Shown piece after piece: positions 1-7,950 of a DNA stretch of 64,000 nt. Position 1 is the first letter of the stretch. Every line of letters begins with the position of its first letter. The notes beneath the pieces were generated by a model, which saw nothing but the letters and a program-made list of their open reading frames with translations, was not told the origin of the DNA and ran no database searches. The translations under genes were made by a program, and so were the position numbers. The stretch comes from Candidatus Nanoarchaeia archaeon (GTDB lineage: Archaea > Nanobdellota > Nanobdellia > CSSed11-243R1), in contig JAQTNH010000001.1 in the NCBI GenBank assembly GCA_028713895.1, forward strand, positions 438,610 through 502,609, given 5' to 3'.

Positions 1-919
1 GGGATTGTTTGGGCAGTTTCTTTACAGTATCATCAGTTGAATCGCTCTCATCCTTCTCTTCTGCTGCGTCCACATCAGTCTCATCTATTTTTTCCTTGTT
101 CAAGCGCTCAGCAAGCTCGCCTGCAATACGCAGAAGATTAAGAGCTTTGCGCGCGTCTCCATGCTCCCGCGCTGCGTAGGCTGCGCATTTTGAGATGACT
201 GATTCCTGGATTGTGTTCGGGGCGAATGCTATTTTTGCGCGCTCCATCAGGATATCTTTTAGCTGGACTGCGTCATACGGCGGGAAAACCATCTTTTCCT
301 CGCTGAGCGAAGATTTTACACGGGAATCAAGGTTGTTGATGAAGGTGACGTCGTTTGATATGCCAATTATGCTTATTTTGGAATTCTTGAGCTCCTGGTT
401 TATGCGGGTCAGGTTGTATAATACTTCATCGCCTGCTCTTTTAATCAGGCTGTCAATTTCATCTAGAATAAGGATAATCTCCTGTTTGGATGAGTCAATT
501 ACATTTTTGAACAGCTTGTAAACCTCATTTGTTGGCAGTCCTGTGGCTGGGATTTCCTGGCCAAAGTCCCTGGCTATTTCTGCAATCAGGCGGTATTCAG
601 TATCAGCGACCTTGTGCATCTTGCAGTTTATGCGAACAACCTTCAAGGGGATGTTCTTTTCTTTTGCTATCCTGCTAAGCTGGTTTGTAACGTGGTCAAC
701 AGTGAGAGTTTTTCCTGTACCGGTTTTCCCAAAAATGAAAACGTTTGACGGGCGCTCCAATCGGAGCGCAGGAGCAAGGATGCGAGCAAGCATGTTTATC
801 TCTTCCTCGCGGTGCGGTATGGTTTCTGGCGTAAATTTGATATTAAGTGCATCCTTATTTACAAAGAAAGATTTCTTGTTCAGGAAATCTTCGAATATTT
901 TGTCTACTGAACACCCCAT
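1..919 (-). CDS. cdc6: Orc1/Cdc6 replication initiator; the C-terminus runs off the window start
   Basis: I translated the minus strand from the ATG at 919: MGCSVDKIFEDFLNKKSFFVNKDALNIKFTPETIPHREEEINMLARIL... It has Walker A FIFGKTGTGKT, Walker B IILILDEID, ISIIGISND and REHGDARKALNLLR. It is absent from the ORF track because there is no stop inside the window. Confidence 0.9.
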   Translation of the reverse strand, partial: MGCSVDKIFEDFLNKKSFFVNKDALNIKFTPETIPHREEEINMLARILAPALRLERPSNVFIFGKTGTGKTLTVDHVTNQLSRIAKEKNIPLKVVRINCKMHKVADTEYRLIAEIARDFGQEIPATGLPTNEVYKLFKNVIDSSKQEIILILDEIDSLIKRAGDEVLYNLTRINQELKNSKISIIGISNDVTFINNLDSRVKSSLSEEKMVFPPYDAVQLKDILMERAKIAFAPNTIQESVISKCAAYAAREHGDARKALNLLRIAGELAERLNKEKIDETDVDAAEEKDESDSTDDTVKKLPKQS

Positions 920-1026
920 AACGAGATTCTCAAGAGAAAGGATGTTTAAAACCATTTATATTGTGGAGAATATAGTTCCATAGGAAGAGCAGGCTTAAAA
1001 AAATTTCCTATGAATCCAAAAAGCGA

Positions 1027-1470
1027 AGCCCATGGTTTCGTATGGAAGCTCTTTTTTCCTTATAAACTCTACGGCACCAAAATACAGTCACCCTATGGTT
1101 TCGTGTGCAGAATGGTTTTTGGGCTGCAAAAGGGGCGCGTTTGTTTGCGTTTGTTTTGAGTCGTCGTTGTTTTGTTCATCTTTTTTTTAAGAAGAGAAGA
1201 AAACGTCGTTCGTTTTTGATTTTGAGTTATATTGTATATATTATCTATATAGTAAAATATTATATAATATATATATTTAAAAATATATTTTATAAAATCT
1301 ATATATTGTTTTTGTTTCCATAAGAAAGAGAGGGGTAGTGGCTTTTTGTTAAACTAAGGCTGTTTTAAGCTCCAAAGGAAGCGAAGGGGTATAAAAAATT
1401 ATTTCTGGCTTAAACGTGCGATCAAAAGCAAGTTTTTGCAATGAAAAGTTCCACAGGAAGTAATAGGGTG
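1027..1470. other. Candidate replication origin (oriC): four ORB-like boxes in two inverted pairs flanking an AT-rich DUE
   Basis: Boxes read in their own orientation: 1049-1027 GCTTCCATACGAAACCATGGGCT; 1112-1089 TTCTGCACACGAAACCATAGGGTG; 1369-1390 GCTCCAAAGGAAGCGAAGGGGT; 1448-1470 GTTCCACAGGAAGTAATAGGGTG. The left pair is on the minus strand and the right pair on the plus strand. A nearly pure A/T stretch lies between them, directly upstream of orc1/cdc6. Confidence 0.7.
1225..1308. other. AT-rich duplex unwinding element candidate
   Basis: About 85 nt of almost uninterrupted A/T (tatattgtatatattatctatatagtaaaatattatataatatatatatttaaaaatatattttataaaatctatatatt), centred between the ORB pairs. 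Confidence 0.65.
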
Positions 1471-1552
1471 TGACACCCCTCAATTGCCTATGTGTTGTTT
1501 GGGATTAAAAATATTAGTGGACAAACACCCCTATATAGTCTGTAGGCTATAA

Positions 1553-2239
1553 ATGATTATAAAAAGCAAAATATTGAAGAAGCGTATGTTAATTGAATCT
1601 TTTAATTCAGGCTATATCTGCGGAGCACTGCTTGGCAGAGGGCATGTAACAGCTGACAAAACAGCTGCAAAGTATGCAATGTTCCTGGAATCCAAAGACA
1701 AAGAGTTCACAGAGTTGTTTGGACAGCGCCTGGATGCATTTCTTGAGAACAAAGCCAAGAGGTACGAAAGGGTAAAGGGCAACTTAAATCTCTATGCTGT
1801 GGCTTTCCATAAGAAATCAGGTATAATAGAATTCTGTGATAAATTCAGGTTCAAGCAGGGCTCTTTTGACTGGACTGTTCCGCAGCAGTGCTATGAAGAC
1901 AAGCACTTCCGCAAGGGATTTTTGCAGGGATTTTTTGATGCTAAAGCACAGGTAAAAGTAAGATTCAGGAAAAAGCAGAAGAAGACAGAAAACACCTTTA
2001 GGTTTGACAAGGTCAGGCACATAAGGGTTTCAGCTGTGCATCGCAAGGGCCTGAATGAGATAAAGACACTTCTGGAGAGCTTTGGCATAGGCAGCACAAT
2101 AAGCCAGAGCGGAATAAACAATATTCTGGATATAGAAGGAAAGCATAGAGTAATGATGTTCAAGGACAAAGTCGGGTTCGGAATCCAGAACAAGAAAACA
2201 GAACTTGACCGCGCGCTTGAAAGAAGTTCAGGGATTTAA
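1553..2239 (+). CDS. Free-standing double-motif LAGLIDADG homing-endonuclease-like protein
   Basis: Two LAGLIDADG-type motifs, SGYICGALLGRGHV and KGFLQGFFDAKAQV. No intron or intein host context. It lies immediately beside the origin boxes. Confidence 0.7.
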   Translation: MIIKSKILKKRMLIESFNSGYICGALLGRGHVTADKTAAKYAMFLESKDKEFTELFGQRLDAFLENKAKRYERVKGNLNLYAVAFHKKSGIIEFCDKFRFKQGSFDWTVPQQCYEDKHFRKGFLQGFFDAKAQVKVRFRKKQKKTENTFRFDKVRHIRVSAVHRKGLNEIKTLLESFGIGSTISQSGINNILDIEGKHRVMMFKDKVGFGIQNKKTELDRALERSSGI

Positions 2240-2290
2240 CTGAACCAAAATGACACAAATTTTATAATTCCAAAACCTATTATTTAATTT

Positions 2291-2623
2291 ATGGCAAAGA
2301 AAGTTGAAAATCCTCCTGCACTGCGGGCAAATCACGGTTTAGTGGCTGTTATTGAGACTCTTAATAAACCCGCCAGAAAAACCAAACCAGACGAACTAGA
2401 TAGACTTATTGAAGAAGCAAAAAAGAAATATCCTGGATATACTCGAGTTGAACATGAACATGGAGACGTTTGTCCGAAAACAAAAAAGACGTATGTAATC
2501 AATATGGTTCCTGACAAAGAAGGAATAGAAATGCCGCTTAGTTATTCAGGGATTACTGCTAAAGGATATTGCAGTCAATGCGGAGAACACATATATACAG
2601 AACAAGGAAATTTTAGAACATAA
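2291..2623 (+). CDS. Hypothetical small protein with a C-terminal CxxC
   Basis: 110-aa ORF with YCSQCGEH near the C-terminus. No family recognised. Confidence 0.4.
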   Translation: MAKKVENPPALRANHGLVAVIETLNKPARKTKPDELDRLIEEAKKKYPGYTRVEHEHGDVCPKTKKTYVINMVPDKEGIEMPLSYSGITAKGYCSQCGEHIYTEQGNFRT

Positions 2624-3187
2624 TTATTGATTTAACTGCGCAAACATCAGGTCAAGCTTTACGTGAAGCTCGTGCGCTTTCTGCTTGTCGAATTTTGAAG
2701 CCATCCATTCCTTAAGCATGTCAATCCTGTGCTTGACGCTTGAGCGGAACTTTGTTTTGTCCTCGTACTTTAATCTTGCCTGTTCTGCTTTGTAATGTTG
2801 TATCTGCTGCTCTAGCTCGCTGATTTTCTGCGCGACTTCCTTGTCAAAATCAATTTTCACTTCTTTCTGCGGGAGAGCTGCAAGGACCTCGTTCTGCTTC
2901 TCGCCAATCGCATAAGTTTTTGCGTAAGGCCCTATAGTATAATAGATGCGCTGGGACTCTGCGCCCCATGTGAACGCGCCTACTTCACGCTTTATGTCAG
3001 CTATTATGAACTCGCCGAGCGCAAGCCCTTTTTTGATATTATAATAGAGGTTTCGCAGATTGATTTTTCCGAAGACTTTGAGGTAGGATTTGTAGATTTC
3101 ATAGCCGTAGGACTGCCCAGTGTGCATGAGAATCGAGGCTATCTTCTCGCGAATTTCTGTTTTAAGGGGGCGTCCGCGTCCTGTCAT
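2624..3187 (-). CDS. Winged-helix (PadR-like) DNA-binding protein with a coiled-coil tail
   Basis: The N-terminus ILMHTGQSYGYEIYKSYLKVFGKINLRNLYYNIKKGLALGEF resembles the PadR-type wHTH pattern. The C-terminal half is a heptad-like charged helix. Confidence 0.45.
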   Translation of the reverse strand: MTGRGRPLKTEIREKIASILMHTGQSYGYEIYKSYLKVFGKINLRNLYYNIKKGLALGEFIIADIKREVGAFTWGAESQRIYYTIGPYAKTYAIGEKQNEVLAALPQKEVKIDFDKEVAQKISELEQQIQHYKAEQARLKYEDKTKFRSSVKHRIDMLKEWMASKFDKQKAHELHVKLDLMFAQLNQ

Positions 3188-3293
3188 ATGCTTTTTTAGA
3201 GAATTTTCGTATTAATATTTTTCCATATTGAATAAAAAGGGGCAATGGAAAGTTATTTATTGAGCAGAATTTTTTTAATTGAAGGTGCTTATT

Positions 3294-4310
3294 ATGTTAA
3301 AAATTCCTATTGAGGAGATAGTCTCAAAAATAAAAGAAAAAACAGGGCTAGACGATTCGCTAATCAGCAAGAAGATAGAGGACAAAATACACGAGCTTTC
3401 CGGACTGGTTTCACGCGAGGGAGCTGCGCATATTGTTGCAAATGAATTCGGTGTGAAGCTGTTCAGCCCGAGCGAATCAGGAAGACTACAGATAAAAAAC
3501 ATTCTTCCGGGGCTGCGAAATGTTTCATTCCTTGGAAGAGTTCTTAATATCTATCCTGTGCGAAGCTACAAGACAGACAAGAAAGAGGGAAAGATAGGCA
3601 CAATGGTGCTTGGGGATGAGACTGGAAAGATAAGAGTTGTCCTGTGGGATACGAATCACATACAGCTTATTGAAGACGGCAAAATAAAGCAGGGAGATGT
3701 TCTGAAGATAAAACAGGGATATGTGCGCGAATCCAGAATGGTGGAAGGAATTGAAGTTCATCTATCCGGCAACAGCACAATTGAAATAAATCCGGCTGAT
3801 GTCGATATAAAGAAAATACCAGAAATGCAGGCTGTAATCTCAACAGCTGAACGAGTAAGAATCGCTGATGTAAGCGAGGGATTCCACCAGATACGCGGTG
3901 CGATCGTAAATGTTATTGACGCAAATCCTTTCTTTGAAGTCTGCCCGCAGTGCGGAAAACGAGCGCGGGACAACGTGTGCCAGGAACACGGGGAAGTGAC
4001 TCCAAAGCAGTCGCTTGTTGTGTCAACAATTATTGATGACGGCTCAGACAACATGAGGGTTGTATTCTTCGGGCAGCAGGCATCGCAGATACTCGGCATG
4101 AGCGCAGAAGAAGCTTACAAAGAAGCGCAGGAGCATGCCAACAACAACTATCCAATTGAAGCGCAGAAAATGAAGATGCTTGGCAAGGAAGTTGTCATCG
4201 AGGGAAAAGTTGCACGAAATTCATTTTCAAACGAGCTTGAGATGGTCGGCAGGAAGATATTAGCGCCGAACTATCCAGCAGAAGCAAAGAAGCTTTTGGG
4301 CGAAGTTTAA
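3294..4310 (+). CDS. rpa: Replication protein A-like ssDNA-binding protein (OB folds plus a zinc ribbon)
   Basis: OB-fold signature GKIGTMVLGDETGKIRVVLWD, and a Cys4-type insert CPQCGKRARDNVCQEHG. A GGTG Shine-Dalgarno sits 8 nt before the ATG at 3294; the track start at 3279 is a TTG. Confidence 0.75.
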   Translation: MLKIPIEEIVSKIKEKTGLDDSLISKKIEDKIHELSGLVSREGAAHIVANEFGVKLFSPSESGRLQIKNILPGLRNVSFLGRVLNIYPVRSYKTDKKEGKIGTMVLGDETGKIRVVLWDTNHIQLIEDGKIKQGDVLKIKQGYVRESRMVEGIEVHLSGNSTIEINPADVDIKKIPEMQAVISTAERVRIADVSEGFHQIRGAIVNVIDANPFFEVCPQCGKRARDNVCQEHGEVTPKQSLVVSTIIDDGSDNMRVVFFGQQASQILGMSAEEAYKEAQEHANNNYPIEAQKMKMLGKEVVIEGKVARNSFSNELEMVGRKILAPNYPAEAKKLLGEV

Positions 4311-4343
4311 TAATCATTGGGTGGGGTTCTGGAGGATTAGATA

Positions 4344-5372
4344 ATGAATATTAAAGATGCTTTAGACATATTTGGAGCAGATGAAAATACCGCATTTGCC
4401 CTGGTGCAGTCCAGATATAGAAAACTTGCAAAGGAGTATCACCCTGATATTGTAAGTTCGATGTATATAGGGCATGAAGAAAAAAGCGAAAGGACAGAGT
4501 ATTGGAAACGAGTATCAGAAGCATATAACCTGATTAAGAAACGCGCTCCAGACGCAAATGACTTAATCTGGTATTCTTCAGCAGGCATGAAAAAGATAGA
4601 AGATTTGTTTGCAATGCGCTTTGATGAAGAAGGCATAAAACAAGAAGTGGCGCACCAGAAACTTTTGAAAGAACTGGAATCTTACTTTGGTGATGCAGGA
4701 TATCCAAAAAAGATACCTATCCTCTATGAGTCGCACTGCATTCCTTTGTCCCACCCCTGTGTTAATCTTGAAAAAGATATCAGGATATCCTGTTACGAAT
4801 CCAGCGTGACGTTCAACGGCGTCTTTCTGACTTTCAATCCTTCAGGAATGGAAAATTATAAATCCATTTATGGCTTAGTGGACGCTGTACGCGCCAGGGA
4901 CAGGTTGTTCAACAAAAAATATATCCCCATTTATCTTAATCCTTTTTTGGAAGAGTTTGGTTTGGACTTGAAAATCAATTCAAAAACAATACAAGAAATG
5001 TGTGAGGATATTGAAAAAATAGAAACTGACTCATTGTCAGAGCGCGAGTTCCAGATTGAAAATTCCGACAGGGGTATGAACATTTCTTCAAAATCCATGG
5101 CGTTGTTGTCAAAATACAAGGTAGACGAAATCGCAGAGAATTACGGGGAAGTACTCGAATCTTTTATCAGAAGTTCAATAGGTTATAATTTCCGCGCGGA
5201 ACAGAAAGACAGCGAATATCGCATAGAAACGATTGGCTCATGGGATGTTTTAGGCGAAGAGCAAGAAAAGGCGCATTTTACATTGTCAGAAGACGACTAC
5301 AAACTGATAGAGCTTATGTTCCTTGGAAAATCTTTGTTCGAAGAGGGTTTGTTGACGCTATTAAAACCATAA
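4344..5372 (+). CDS. J-domain protein with an uncharacterised C-terminal region of about 270 aa
   Basis: The N-terminus ALDIFGADENTAFALVQSRYRKLAKEYHPDIV contains the HPD tripeptide of DnaJ J-domains. There is no Gly/Phe or Zn-finger region. Confidence 0.7.
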   Translation: MNIKDALDIFGADENTAFALVQSRYRKLAKEYHPDIVSSMYIGHEEKSERTEYWKRVSEAYNLIKKRAPDANDLIWYSSAGMKKIEDLFAMRFDEEGIKQEVAHQKLLKELESYFGDAGYPKKIPILYESHCIPLSHPCVNLEKDIRISCYESSVTFNGVFLTFNPSGMENYKSIYGLVDAVRARDRLFNKKYIPIYLNPFLEEFGLDLKINSKTIQEMCEDIEKIETDSLSEREFQIENSDRGMNISSKSMALLSKYKVDEIAENYGEVLESFIRSSIGYNFRAEQKDSEYRIETIGSWDVLGEEQEKAHFTLSEDDYKLIELMFLGKSLFEEGLLTLLKP

Positions 5373-5415
5373 TATTTTCAAAAGTGATATAAACGCGCTT
5401 TCTTTTTGATGTTAT

Positions 5416-5790
5416 ATGAAAATAACAGTGACAACGCAGCTGAACGCAACCGAGAACGCGGAGAAGATAAAGACCGCGCTGGAAAAGGTTTTTCCGAAAA
5501 TTTCTTTCAAGATTTCAAAAACAAGCATAAGCGGAAGCTCAGACGATGTTGTAAATTTGGGTTACATAAAGGAAAAAGTAATGGAGAAGCGGATAAAAAA
5601 TACGGCCAGGTATTTGATTCTGCAATACAAGACTGATGCAGGCGCGCGGATAATGCTTAACAAGCAGACGCTCCTGCTTGGAAAGATAAATTTTGTCGAG
5701 GAAGAATACCCGCTTGGCAACGTGGTTGTTGATATTGAAACGGACAATGTCGATGGACTGGCTGACTACATTGTCGGGTTGATTAATTAG
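5416..5790 (+). CDS. UPF0201/COG1931-like predicted RNA-binding protein
   Basis: 124 aa. The pattern (NATENAEKIKTALEKVFP ... IMLNKQTLLLGKINF) matches my recollection of the archaeal UPF0201 family. The assignment is from memory only. Confidence 0.45.
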   Translation: MKITVTTQLNATENAEKIKTALEKVFPKISFKISKTSISGSSDDVVNLGYIKEKVMEKRIKNTARYLILQYKTDAGARIMLNKQTLLLGKINFVEEEYPLGNVVVDIETDNVDGLADYIVGLIN

Positions 5791-5799
5791 GTGAGGCAG

Positions 5800-6129
5800 A
5801 TGGCACGCAAAAGAAAAGTATACTATGACCCGACTCTTGAGATAGAAAAGAAGGAATTTTTTGTAGGCACAAAACTCGGAAGGAAACTTTCAAGCGTGAA
5901 GGACTTTTTCAACAACCTCCCTGTTGGTTTGCAGTGGTTCACAACACTGATGATAAGCAGCATAATTTCTGGGATTGTCGGCGTTGCAGTGATGATTTAT
6001 TTCAATATCGGAGTCAGCACAATAGCAGAAATGAATACATATCTCAAGGTGCAGTTCATCTTTGACATAGTCGTGCTTGTAACGCTTGTCACGTTTATCC
6101 TGCTTTTAATAAAAGAAGCAAAAAGTTAA
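5800..6129 (+). CDS. Small membrane protein
   Basis: Basic N-terminus MARKRKV followed by two long hydrophobic segments. The track start at 5791 is a GTG; the ATG is at 5800. Confidence 0.5.
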   Translation: MARKRKVYYDPTLEIEKKEFFVGTKLGRKLSSVKDFFNNLPVGLQWFTTLMISSIISGIVGVAVMIYFNIGVSTIAEMNTYLKVQFIFDIVVLVTLVTFILLLIKEAKS

Positions 6130-6153
6130 CTGCCAAAAGAAAGGCAAAATAGA

Positions 6154-6540
6154 TTACTTAATTCCCTTGATTATCTTGACGCCCAAGTCCCAGTAAAGGA
6201 CCTGCGCGCCCTCGGTGAGCTTTCCCTTGAACTCTGCAGGGATATCCAGCTCAAAAGTTTCGTAACTCTCTGTGTCCATTACGCTTGCCTTGTCTTCTGT
6301 CAGCGAAATTACCTGCGCGCCCCTCTTTTCTATAATCGGGATCTCTACGCGTGCATCAGAAGAATTTACAATAGAACGCCTGCGCTCATCAACAAGCCCA
6401 AGTGCTTCTATGCGTATTTTTGCTGCGCCGTGCTTTCCAGGCTTTGATTTTGTATAGCTGACTACCCTGCATGGTATTCCGTCAATCAGAACATAACTTC
6501 CTTCTTTAAGCTCATTTATTATAGCAAACTTAGTTTCCAA
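6154..6540 (-). CDS. eif5a: Translation initiation factor 5A (aIF5A)
   Basis: Hypusination loop TKSKPGKHGAAKIRIE. The 128-aa size is typical. Confidence 0.92.
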   Translation of the reverse strand: METKFAIINELKEGSYVLIDGIPCRVVSYTKSKPGKHGAAKIRIEALGLVDERRRSIVNSSDARVEIPIIEKRGAQVISLTEDKASVMDTESYETFELDIPAEFKGKLTEGAQVLYWDLGVKIIKGIK

Positions 6541-6566
6541 TGTTTCACCATTCTTTAGGAAAAAGT

Positions 6567-6794
6567 TCAGGTTTTCTCTGCGAGGGCGATATCTTCAGCC
6601 TTTAAGGTTGTGCGTCCGCCATGTTTTGCCAGATTCACTGCTCTATTTGCTATTTTTTCTGCATGTGCCTCAAGCAAGTCACGAAGGGCTTTTTTTGCAC
6701 TTTCGCTCACTCTGTGCGCTCCAAACTTCCGCATAAGCTTGTCCATGGAAGCAAGAGCCAAAATACCTTCTCTTTTTCCCCCTTTACTTTTCAT
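6567..6794 (-). CDS. Archaeal histone (HMf-type histone fold)
   Basis: RVSESAKKALRDLLEAHAEKIANRAVNLAKHGGRTTLKAEDIALA matches the archaeal histone pattern (RVS...A..A.HAGRKT.KAEDI). Confidence 0.85.
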   Translation of the reverse strand: MKSKGGKREGILALASMDKLMRKFGAHRVSESAKKALRDLLEAHAEKIANRAVNLAKHGGRTTLKAEDIALAEKT

Positions 6795-6862
6795 AAGATA
6801 AAAATAGGGATTTTGGTTATATAAGTCTTATTATTTCATTTTCTAAACTAAGGAAAGGAGAA

Positions 6863-7942
6863 TTAAACTTTGTATCTTAAAATGGCTGCGATGCCGCCGA
6901 GTTCCTTAAGCTGGATTCCTTCTGGGAAATCCACAGAAATCAACTCAATTTTCGTGCCGAATTTCTCTGCTTCTGCGCTGAACCTGTCAACAGTGTCCAT
7001 TGGCAGCGATTCAGACAGGATAAGCAGCTCAACAGTTCCGTTCTTGAGATTCTTCATTACTTCCTCCTCGCCGTAGCTCTCCAGCCCGTCATCCTTTGCA
7101 AGGTGCAGGAGGAACCTGTCAACTATTTTTTTCTCAGAGTATATCTCCTCCTGGTGGAACAAGTCCTCGGATTTCGCAAGAAGCTCCTTCAAACCCTGCT
7201 CGCCAGTGTATCCTATGTCAACCATTCCGAGAATAAGCTTTTTTATGTCGCTTGAAAGGTAATTATCAACCAAATCCTCTTTTGCGGGACCTGGGCCTCC
7301 GACAACTATGCCCTCAACTTTCTTCTCGCGGAAAACCGTGCTCATCAAAGCAGAGGTTCGCTTCATGAACTCAACAATCTGGTTCTCGCGGATGCGATGA
7401 AAACGTCCTGCACTTTGTCCGCCCGCCTTAAATTTTCCCATGACTGCGGACTCGATTTCTTTTACAGGAACAATTGAATTGCCTTTCAGGAATGCAACTG
7501 CTGCATCGCGCAGGTCAACAACAACCAAGCCGAAAGTATGTTTTGGCTCAATCAGCTCTTTCAGGGGCTCGGTTATGAAAGTTGAATCGCAGCGGTAAAG
7601 ATTATTGCGGATTGGCTCGGGCGGATTAATCGCCCAGGCGCGGAAATCAGGCTTCCCCTCAACCTCAGAAACATTTCCAGAGAACAGTGCCAGACCGTTC
7701 GGGGGGGTCTGCTTGAACCTGCGGAGCTCAGTAATCATCCGTTCGATAGCTGTCACCACATTTGTGCGGACTGTTTTTGACTGGATGTTTCCTGCTGTGC
7801 CTGCTTCATCTGACAACTGGTTTATCTTTATGTTAAGGTTATAGCCGGCAGGAACATATACAGTAACAAGTTCAGTGTGGCGTCCGCGAACACTTTCAAG
7901 GTATCTAACCAGCTGTTTGAGCTGGTATCTTTCCTTATCCAT
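6863..7942 (-). CDS. prf1: Peptide chain release factor aRF1
   Basis: GGQ motif KAGGQSAGRF. The NIKS-region reads TAGNIQSKTVRTNV (Lys to Gln). Confidence 0.88.
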   Translation of the reverse strand: MDKERYQLKQLVRYLESVRGRHTELVTVYVPAGYNLNIKINQLSDEAGTAGNIQSKTVRTNVVTAIERMITELRRFKQTPPNGLALFSGNVSEVEGKPDFRAWAINPPEPIRNNLYRCDSTFITEPLKELIEPKHTFGLVVVDLRDAAVAFLKGNSIVPVKEIESAVMGKFKAGGQSAGRFHRIRENQIVEFMKRTSALMSTVFREKKVEGIVVGGPGPAKEDLVDNYLSSDIKKLILGMVDIGYTGEQGLKELLAKSEDLFHQEEIYSEKKIVDRFLLHLAKDDGLESYGEEEVMKNLKNGTVELLILSESLPMDTVDRFSAEAEKFGTKIELISVDFPEGIQLKELGGIAAILRYKV

Positions 7943-7950
7943 AAAAACCG

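Noticed and set aside
195-983. Plus-strand ORFs 195-521 and 543-983.
   Set aside because: They are antisense to the Orc1/Cdc6 reading frame, which carries Walker A/B and sensor motifs. The plus-strand translations are featureless.
5406-5636. A 76-aa ORF overlapping the 5' part of the UPF0201-like gene in another frame.
   Set aside because: The overlapping 124-aa frame has a family-like pattern and a proper gene-sized context. The 76-aa frame is Arg/Lys/Asn low-complexity.
6863-7942. The aRF1 NIKS motif reads NIQS, which could hint at stop-codon reassignment.
   Set aside because: All three stop codons terminate well-recognised genes in this window at the expected protein ends. TGA ends cdc48 at 44414 and the LAGLIDADG gene at 16039, TAG ends dnaG at 24516, and TAA ends many others. 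No in-frame stops interrupt conserved genes. This is treated as ordinary motif variation. An alignment of aRF1 orthologues would settle it.
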